50,999 nucleotides of DNA from Bigelowiella natans CCMP2755 (taxonomy: Eukaryota > Protista > Cercozoa). Shown one piece after another: positions 27,091-36,800 of this stretch. The stretch lies in the NCBI GenBank assembly GCA_000320545.1, contig ADNK01001811.1, positions 1 through 50,999 of the forward strand, given 5' to 3'. The position numbers and the translations under genes are program-made. The stretch's first letter is position 1, and every line of letters starts with the position of its first letter. Under the pieces are notes generated by a model, which was not told the DNA's origin, did not search any database, and was given only the letters and a program-made list of their open reading frames with translations.

Positions 27091-27174
27091 CACTTCTTGC
27101 AACAACTTTTGTTCGCATCACTTCTTGCAACAACTTCAATTCACAACACTCCTTGCAACAACTTTCGTTCACAA
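27091..27174 (+). repeat. 28-bp tandem repeat, 3 copies
   Basis: cacttcttgcaacaacttttgttcgcat / cacttcttgcaacaacttcaattcacaa / cactccttgcaacaactttcgttcacaa. Confidence 0.85.
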
Positions 27175-29504
27175 CGCTGCAACACTTTGTCGATTGGAAC
27201 GCAACAACAGAGCACGTGCACAACGTGTTCGTGAAAACGTGTTGCACACCACGTTTGCAAAACGTGCAACGAGGCAATTCGATGAGCCCTTTGACAACGT
27301 TGCACGAGGCAGCACGCAAGCCAGCAAGGGAGTGCACGACCAACGCAACACTTTCACTTGGGGGGCATCGTTGCGCCTTGACAGGTGTGCACGTGTTCAC
27401 AATGCACGAGTCCGTGGCACGAACACTGAGAAGAAGTGCACGTGTTCACCACTGCGTTGGCAGAAAAACACGGATGTGGCATCGTGTGTCCCGTGTGTCT
27501 CCTCGCGGAACGTGTGTGCCTGTGTTGACCCGGTGCGCTCTGTGGCCTTTGGTGGTTGCACACGTCACCTCCGCCTCCAAGGCCACTCTCAGCGTGCGGA
27601 GGCTGAACCACGTCGTCAGGGCAACCGGAACTTCGACTTTCCAGCCAGCCTTCTCGCGGCGCGCTGGCGCGTCCTGGAGGGTGACACTGGGAGTGGACGC
27701 TTCGTCGAGCCTGCGCACGAAGGCGCAACTTTGTTCGAGGTGAAGCTGCTCAGAGGAACGAACGCCCTTGGTTGTCCTCAGAGCTCCTTGGGCCCGCTCC
27801 TGCCGACGGACACCCGTGGCGAAGACGCTCCAAGTCTGAGGTGGCACCACGTGGAGTTGGAGCTCGTTTGTCAGTGCCAGGCCAGCAGGGTGGGACCTCA
27901 GGTGTGATGGTTTTTTTCAAGTGCTGGAGTGGTCGGTCTCGTGCCAGCGTGACGACAAGGAGGGCTCTGTGACCGTCGGCAACAAACGACTGCGCAAAGG
28001 ACTTTGCGTGCTCCGCCCACGTCGCGGGGTGTGCAAACCAGGCAAACAATGGCAACAAGTTCTCAACTTTGCAAGGCAAGGAACAAAGCAAAGAGCAGGA
28101 ACAAAAAAAAGTGAGGAGACGTCTCACACCGTGTCAAGCTCCTGCAACTTTGCCGCCACCCACGTTCCGGCTCAGTTCTTCGACGATGTGTCGACCTGGA
28201 CGAGGAGGCCTCTCCGCTGCGGAGTGCGCTCGACGCAGAAAACGCACACACCCTGATTCAGGTCAGCGTGGACGTCGTTGCGTGAGGTTGAAACGTGAAG
28301 CGACGCCAATCGCAGCCTGCGAAGCCCAAGACAAGCCAAGACAAAGCGCCACCGCATCGCACGATTGCGAAAGTTTCTCAAAATCAACACTGCTCGCGTT
28401 CGTGTCGCAAGCTTGCAGTGCAACGCTGTCGCACTGAGTGGACTGCAACACGTCGCGTGCGACTCTTGCAATTCACTTTGGTGGAGGGGGGGGGGGCGTG
28501 GCGCTCAGTTCCACGTCACAGCCGACTCGCGACACGGGCAACGACGCCTTGAGACGTCTCACGGCGACACGACGTGCGTCGCTCGTGGAACGGTCTCAGA
28601 ACGCCAAAACGTGCGTGCAAAGATCTCACGTTGGGAGAGGAGCAAAGCTGCAGAGTGCACGGGTGCACTTCAGAGGTGTTTGCGCGTGTTGCTCTCGTTG
28701 GCAAGAGTGGAGGCAGAGCAGTTTGGACAGGACGTGGACGGGCAGGTGACGGGAGGGTGGATCCAACCTTTCGAACAGGTCCTGGTGGCCTCTCTCGAGT
28801 CCTTTCCAAGCGGGTGCACACGTTTTTCTGACGAGACTTGAGGCTGCGAGCGGCGGTGTGACGCCTTGGACCCGTTTCACGTTGCCTGCTGCTGCGTCGC
28901 CGGTGAGCAACGCCAGGGCGTTCAACTTTTGGTTGGCAGTTTCGAGTGCTGTCAGAGTGGCTCGGTGTTTGTCAAGCTCTTTTTGCAGGTGACGTGAACG
29001 GTTGCACTCTGAGAGGCTTTTTGACGGAGCTCCTTCCACCGTCTCTTTTCCCACTTTTCGGGTTTCAAGACAACTTCGCCCTTGCAATTCTCCGTTTCTC
29101 GGCCCCCCTGTTTTCGCCATCGTTTCACTTTTCTCACCCTTCGGACTTCGTCTTTCCGTTCATCACGACCCTCGTTTCGTTGGTTGCGAGTTTCACCTTG
29201 CACGTTGGTGTCGTTCACCCAGTCACGAAGAGAAGCACGAGCGGACTCCTTCCTCTTCAGGAAAAGCAACGGCGTTCGAGGACTGCGTCTTTGAAGTCCA
29301 CGCTGGCTCGGGAGTGAGACTGGGAAGAGAAGGAAGCGCAGGGACGACGATGAAAAGAAAAGTCAGGAAGGACGAGAGGAAACCCAAAAAAGTTGGAAAG
29401 TGCAAAGAGGAACGTGACACCCACACAGACCGGAAAAGGACTGTCAACGACGCAACGGCAGAACTCGATTGAGGTCCTCCTCTCCAGGAACGTGCGATGG
29501 CCTT

Positions 29505-29900
29505 GCGTGTCGCACGCGACTGCGTCCCACGGCTGCGTCCCACGGAGGAACAAAAACGGCTCCTCCGCAAGTGCACGGGTGCTCACAACCACAATTGCAC
29601 CCAACCAAGTGGTGGTGGACCCATTGAACAACAAGGAAAAGTGCACGTCAATGCCGGACTTCCAAGGTCCAAAAGAGCCACCTGTGCAAGGTGTGGGAAA
29701 GTGTGCGCACTTGGCACCGCTCTTGGACAACTCACCAAAGCTGGCGAAGGGGAAAAGCAATTCCTGGCTGAACGACGTGCCTCGGAACTTGAGGACGCAA
29801 TCGGTGAACGAGCACCAGACGAGCCACTTTGAAGCCAGGAAGGGAGGTGTTCAAAAGGTGAACTCCGAGGCACCAAGGAGCCAAGGAAACGTGCGACTCG
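29505..29900 (+). pseudogene. tnpB: Degenerate N-terminal portion of a TnpB/Fanzor-like (IS605/IS607 OrfB) RNA-guided nuclease
   Basis: After removing a 13-bp tandem duplication (ctgcgtcccacgg x2, 29520-29545) the frame reads ACRTRLRPTEEQKRLLRKCTGAHNH, matching the HTH_OrfB_IS605 pattern aYk.RLYPt.eQ...l....Ga.r..YN. After a further frameshift it reads NSWLNDVPRNLRTQSVNEHQTSHF (29759-29830), matching the TnpB wL.evp....qq...d...ay..f motif. No convincing RuvC motifs downstream. Confidence 0.6.
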
Positions 29901-30874
29901 CACGGAAACCAGAGGGTTTCGTTCCAATGTTTGGTGAACGATGGGTTCTTTCTGTTCCCAAAGCCCAACGGCGAAACCAACCTTGCTCACAAAACCAAAG
30001 GTGAGCTGCTGCGTGAGGCCACCAGTGACTCGATCCAAAAGAACACTTCCTTCCACCGCTGAGCAGGTGTCGTGAGGAGGGAGCGTGTGGCCGTTTGAAC
30101 AGCTGAAGGCAAGCATTGACGTCTTCTGTGTGCCATTGTCAGGTTGCAGTGGCAATTCAGCAGTGGGGGTTTGGCAAAGTTGCGAAAGGAGAGTGAGCCG
30201 TGCCAGCGTGGGAGTGGTGGCGGGTGCAGGAACTGTGGGCAGCAGTTCGAGCACAAGAACCGTTCAACAGCTGGCTCAACTGACCCCCCCCAAAGTCCCA
30301 TCTCCCCCGTGCTGGCACGGAGGACTTTCTCACCGTCTGCAACAGCGCACAGGGAGAGCAACAGCTTTGCACGCAAACGAGTCAGGAAGAATCAGAGAAG
30401 CGTCCGCGTGGGAGAGTGGGAGAGAAGTCCCTGTTTTTTTCCTGCTGAAGTTTGTTGTCGCTGCATCAAAGTTCACTTGGTCTTTGCGAAGTCATTTTGT
30501 TCTGGGTTTGACAAAACATCAGAACAAAAGCTTTTCATCTTGCGGATTTGGATCTCTGCACCGCCGGATTTCAAACTGCGACATCCTGCTGTGAGCAAAA
30601 CAGCCGGCGTTTGCAAACAGGTTCGTGAGACACGTGACGTGATCTCACACGCTTGCATTGAGACAATTTGTTGCACGCGAAACGATCAAGTTCACAGGTG
30701 CGCATCAAGTATTGGAATTCCCTTCTCACTGTGGATCGCGTCCAGCTGAGGATGTTGTCGCGAGCAAAAGTCACTTGGCATTTCTGTCAGTTTTCTCGGA
30801 ATCACTTCATTGAAAATTCATTCAGTCGGCTGCACAGAAAGGCAGCCCCTGACAAAGACTGAAGCTTTGCTTCG

Positions 30875-33800
30875 ATGCAAGCCGGGATATGGGCTTTCAT
30901 GGTGTGGTTGTTGCTGCACGCAAGTGTCAAAGCTCAAACATTGATCACCTTCGACGCAGTTGAAGAAGGCGCAAATTTTTACATTGAAGCTGGATTTCAA
31001 TTCACTGTTGTCAACTCGGGATTTGGCCCTCCTGGGATGATTCAGGAAGGCTTCGTGTCAACATTGGAACCAGACATCGTTGACGTGAGGCATCAGGGAG
31101 GCAAACTCTTTGATGTCATCTCCATCCAGATGTTTTCACCAATCCCAGATCAAATTGCCTCATTCAGAGGGTTTGGACCAACGCAAGAGCCTGCTACCTT
31201 TGAAGCGTTTACCAATGGAGACATAGTGTTTGTAGACTTTCCCGCTGAGTTCATGAACCTAGATCGCTTTGAAATTGGTAGCTACAACATTCATTTATCT
31301 TGAGTTTGCGGCAAAAGTAACAAATGATGTGTGTGTAGATGTGCAGGGGATTGCGTTCGGTTCACTGTTGCTGATGACGAACACGTTGTCAACATCGCCT
31401 TCTACCTCAATTCCATCAGCTAATCCGACGACACTATCGCCAAAGGATAGCACAACAACTAGTCCTATGGTGATTTCTACTTGCAGTCCTACGGGTAATA
31501 CGTCCTCAATTTCTCCCATTTCAGATCCGACATGTTCAATCCACATTATCTACAAATTCTATCCAAACCAATACACACTCTACTGTCAGCACTTCCACTG
31601 TCTGTCCTTTTTGAATCCGACCGAAATGCTATCCACTGTGTAAATGCCATCTACTATGTCGCCATTAGTGAATCCGACTGAGGTCCCAACTTCTTGTCCT
31701 TCGAAAAATCCAACCACGTTGTCTCCAATTTCTGCACCTACTGGTATGGCCATCTTAACTTCTGTATTATTCTAATTTTACTAAATACAGAGCAACCAAC
31801 TGCCCTTAGGCAGCCGTATACGATAACTCTATTGATTTGGTCAAAATTACTGTCCATTTATGTATTTGTAATCCTCATCATTCCCTCGTGATAATAAATA
31901 TACACCACAATATTCTTAGCCCTAGTGTTTAATTTTTGAGTATATTACTACACCATCTCCAACCTCAGTTTCAACTTATCTAAGATAACCTAGCGATATT
32001 CTATTTCAAAACCGACTTGAACAGAAAAAACCCCATATTTTTAATATTCATGCCAGCCTTTTTTCCCGAGTCTCCGTGTGTTTGAATCTCACATGTAGAC
32101 CCTTTTAACCGTGCCGATATGGTCTTATGTAACATTATCTACATTCTTAGGTAAACCATCGTGTGCACCTTCATCTAACCCTTCTAGTTCTCCCCAAGGT
32201 AGTTCAAAGTCTTCTTCACCAACTATATCTGCGAATTCTTCCCAATCCTATGCCAGTATATGCAGCGAGCAGATCGTTTTAAACTTGCTTTGATGTGCTA
32301 TTTAGGAAGCTCAACAGCTCCAACTTCTACTCCTTTCACAAATTCAAATGCACCGAGTTTTTCACCATCTTCAACACCTTCTAGCTCTCCCCAAGGTAGC
32401 TAAAACTCAAAGTTTCATTCACCAACTATATCTGCGTGTTCCTCCTAATTCCCACCATATGGCGTAATGACTTGCGTTGAAACGGCTTCCTGATTATGGA
32501 AGAATGTGCAGGGAGTAGGCCTTTTTAAACTTGCTTTGATGTGCTATTTAGGAAGCTCAAGAGCTCCAACTTCCACTCCTTTGACAAATTCAAGTGCACC
32601 GAGTTTTTCACCATCTTCAACACCTTCTTTGACTCCATCTTTGACTCCTTCTAGCAATCCCCAAGGTAGCTAAATCTCGAAGTGTCGTTCACCAACTATA
32701 TCTGCGTGTTCCTCCTAATTCCCACCATATGGCGTAATGACTTGCGTTGAAACGGCTTCCTGATTATGGAAGAATGTGCAGGGAGTAGGCCTTTTTAAAC
32801 TTGCTTTGATGTGCTATTTAGGAAGCTCAAGAGCTCCAACTTCCACTCCTTTGACAAATTCAAGTGCACCGAGTTTTTCATCATCTTCAACACCTTCTTT
32901 GACTCCATCTTTGACTCCTTCTAGCAATCCCCAAGGTAGCTAAATCTCGAAGTGTCGTTCACCAACAATATCTGCGTGTTCCTCCTAATTCCCACCATAT
33001 GGCGTAATGACTTGCGTTGAAACGGCTTCCTGATTATGGAAGAATGTGCAGGGAGTAGGCCTTTTTAAACTTGCTTTGATGTGCTATTTAGGAAGCTCAA
33101 GAGCTCCAACTTCCACTCCTTTGACAAATTCAAGTGCACCGAGTTTTTCATCATCTTCAACACCTTCTTTGACTCCATCTTTGACTCCTTCTAGATCTCC
33201 CCAAGGTAGCTAAACCTCAAAATCCTCTTCACCAACCGTATATGTGTCGCCCGATGCCCAATATTTGGCGTTAGAATATACGCACCGAGTACCGTCATTT
33301 TCTTAACACCATCATCAACTGTTTTCTTTATTACGCACTCTTTCATATCCCCTTAAATGTCCCGATTTGTAACTTTCTAGACTTGACTTGTATACCTTAT
33401 TGTAGGTACTTTGAATCCACCTATAGACTTGCCTCAGAGTTCCCCTTCTACTAGTTTCCCTCTAGATAGTTCAAAGATTTCTATTTCTTTGCCACCGTCA
33501 TCGTTTCATTTCCCTATCCCGCAATCTTCCCTATCTTCTACGTCTCAACTTCTAACCTTATCGACTTCTATACTTACAATCTCGCTTGTCATCAACACCC
33601 TCCATATCCTTAGGTATACCTACAGAGTTGCCTCAGAGCTCGACACCGTCCCCTTCGGTACCAACCATCTGTGCTTCACCAGTTGTACTTGACGCAGCTC
33701 CGGGTTCAGGAGGTTGCTCAGCCAGTATTATCTTCGATATAGAGACAAACCGTGCCGGTGAACCGGGTAATCTGGGCCCTCCTGCGTCTACATCGGGCGA

Positions 33801-36800
33801 TTCTACGAGCTGCACTCGAATATTCACCAGCGCAACCGCAAGCCAGCTAGGCCAGGATGCAATATGTGTGTGGCAAACCCGGTCTATTCTGGTGGTTCGC
33901 TTCGGACTAGATGCATCACTGCCGATTGGAGCTAGCATGGAGTTCCTCCAGGATCTTATATTTCAGCACAATTGTCCAGCTGGAAGCACACAGTTGGCAG
34001 TAGCGGAACCTTTCATACTTAATTCTCCGAACTTCTCTGTGCAGCCCACAGTTTCCCTCTCCTACCCATCGGTAAGTGACAACTGCCAAGAGATTTTCAT
34101 CTCGTCTGTAAACTCAAGGGGATCAGCATGCAGGTCCTTGAATATATATCAAAAATAAAATCGACAACTCGCGAAATCAGCTACCCATTACTCTACCCAT
34201 TTAATACTACGGTTTCATTTCAGACCCTTTTCATCTTACGAATGGACGTTGCTGCCGACGACGTCGTACGAGCTCACTCAGCTTCCAGTGCCAGACGTCC
34301 TTCTCACAGAAATATCGACACTGATTCTAGACAACACCTCACCTTCTCTTACATTTTTTGCGCCAATACCTGGAGTGAGATACGACATCTCGGTCAAATT
34401 GACCAACTGGCTAGGAGGAACTGCAATGCGAATTGCCTCGGTCACAGCATCGCTTACTGGTAGATTCTATTCTATGATAATGATTCGGATAATACATTTG
34501 ACGACCGAATTGATTCATCCATGCCGTTTCCAACGTGCCTTAATTTGATACTCCATGCCTCACAGCATCAATGTGAATTCGTTAAAAATCATTGTCTTTG
34601 TCATAGGCTATCGCGTACCACATTTGACTATAAATACTGGAGACAATGTTTTTATTGACTTCACGAGGAACTCGGAATTCACGACGTCTCTCCTACCCCC
34701 CTCTGTCTTCTCTTCTCCGGAATGCTCAATATTATTGGTATTCATATCAAAATCCTAATCATTAATCATTATGAGTTATCTCATATTGGTTTGTGCTAAG
34801 TCTTTCGGTCAAGTAGTCTACAATTGGGAGTTAATCGACGGGCCAATGCCTTTACCATTACTCACTGGAAACACAAACGGTAACCAATTGATATATTGAT
34901 ATAACGTGAGAAAGTTTTCTGTTCAAATTGCCGAATTCGCGATTCAAATATCTGAATTATATAAATAGTCATATTTAAATATGGCATTGGTTTATTATTG
35001 ATCCACAATTGATTGATATCAGGTCCTGCACTTCGTTTGCCAAGCTTTTTCTTCAAACCTTTCAGCACATATACAATAATGCTAAATGCAACTTTTAACC
35101 CTCCGCCTCCCCCAGATGGAAGCGCGGGTGGAGGCGGCATGAACCCATCCCCCCCACCACCCCCCCCATTTGAAAGTCGAACTACAACTACATTTGTGAA
35201 CATCATAACCGGGAATGAAACCACTGATGTTCGGCTGGAAGGCTGCAACCGGCATTTACCCTTACCCCCCGCCAATCAATTCAGAGTCTTCACAATATCT
35301 GCTAGGTAATGAAGTACATTTTCTATGCCTCTAAAAATCTAAAAATGACTTCGAGTTCAGTATCCTAATGATTGTGGGCTTGGTTTTTGCTCACGAAGCA
35401 GAAAACACTGTCAACAATTGTCAACAACCTGCACCTTTTGCACGGTTTTGGTTTCTAGAAAAACGGCGCAAATCAGTGAATGACATATAACCTGTAGGAC
35501 GTCAAGGCTACGGGCACCTAACGGTCTAGTGACACAGGACGAGCTGGAGTATGAGCTACTTTGCTCGAACGGAGTTCTTATGACCGGCAATGCCCCTCCG
35601 GAGACAATGCTTTGTCAAGTTGGCAACCCCCCTCCCGGAATAACTTTCCCACCCGCCCGGAAGGGCGAAATCGTCTTCTCGAACGAGGGGCTCGAAGATC
35701 TGAATTCCCAAGATGATGCATTCTATAGGCTCACAGCAAATGTGTGGTACCCTCCCTTAGCTGGGAGTCTCGGCACGGGACAATGCATTATAATCCCATC
35801 AAGCGCCGTCAATATCGATGTGGAGGTGGACGTAGTCCCAAATTTTATCAATAATAATATTCGATTCTCGGCGATCTTCCCACTTGGCCCTTCACCCCAA
35901 AACGCAACATACAGTTGGTCATGCAGAAAAGGTCCCTCACGAATACCATGTGAGTCATCGGCCTATGCTGGGCTTTCAAATGCGGAGTTGACCTCCCGTA
36001 CACTTAGGATTCCTTTCTCAAATCTTCAGCCGAGTATCGTGTACATTTGGAGCGTGTTAGTGTCTACTTCCCCCTCAAGCCAAGGCATTGCCTTTGCCGA
36101 GTACAAAGTCCCACAACTTCCTCAAGGGGGGGTGTGCGAGGCAGTTCCTGCAATTTCCTTCGCCTATAATACAAGCATCAGACTTCAATGCCATGGGTAG
36201 ATTTTCAACTGAATTTGTTATAATATTGTCAATTGTAAATACATTAATGCAGTTCTATGTAAACATACTGACGCACAAACAGTATTCCTGAAGATCTCTT
36301 GTGATTCATTAGGTGGTCAACAGGTGCGCTCGAGGAAAGCCTGCCCCTCTCCTACCAATTTTCCTTGATTCAAAATAGTGGCCTTTCAACTGTTCTTTGC
36401 CGTTTCTCGCCCTCAGCAGAATGCTCTGCAGCTCTCCCTGGAGAGGAGCAACCAGGACAATCGATTGTCTCACTCATAGCATCAATCCGCATAGGCGAAT
36501 TAAGGACTTTACAGGTGCTCAAAACTTAGATTTAACATAGAATATGCAAATTCACGGTGAATTGAATCGTTATTCTTCAGGTACCTTTTCAGGTGACAAT
36601 AATCACCCCTATGCTGGATGCAGCCTCTGTAATTGAATATGTTCGCATAGAATTTATATTAGTTAGTTACTAATTGAATCATTGTAAATTGCTTAATAGG
36701 CTCAGATCTTAGCTGATACGCTAGAAGAAGATGGAAGAATTTCTGCTGAGCTTGGTGAATTGGACGTTACTGTGCAACAACTAAGCGCAGCTGCAGGATT

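Larger units (their letters stand above)
23233..30709. mobile_element. TpA-free degenerate repeat block B (mosaic of mobile-element or viral relics including a TnpB/Fanzor remnant)
   Basis: No TpA found by manual scan between 23231-32 and 30710-11. All ORFs lack Tyr and end in TGA. Contains copies of block A segments, local tandem and inverted repeats, and TnpB-like motifs. Confidence 0.8.

Noticed and set aside
27091-27174. 28-bp repeats (and the 270-bp repeats at 32.3-33.2 kb) as a CRISPR array
   Set aside because: The units are contiguous with no unique spacers, there are no cas genes, and the context is eukaryotic.
27670-27705. VLEGDTGSGRF resembles a P-loop (GxTGSGK[T/S])
   Set aside because: Lacks the GK[ST] lysine, and I see no Walker B motif.
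30305-30594. GTEDFLTVCNS and ISNCDILL as possible Fanzor RuvC-I/II neighbourhoods
   Set aside because: The catalytic D (DPG) and E are not recognisable and the frames and spacing are inconsistent; left unassigned.
19212-30709. Alternative genetic code, or codon bias of a foreign genome, as the cause of missing stops and Tyr
   Set aside because: TpA is missing at all codon positions and in non-coding flanks, and the depletion grades into host genes. Neighbouring genes use TAG, TAA, TGA and Tyr normally.
23202-30749. Many long overlapping ORFs in all six frames (e.g. 536 aa at 23718-25328)
   Set aside because: A by-product of TpA loss: TAA and TAG cannot occur on either strand. The products are Tyr-less and Cys/His/Arg-rich and are not credible current genes.
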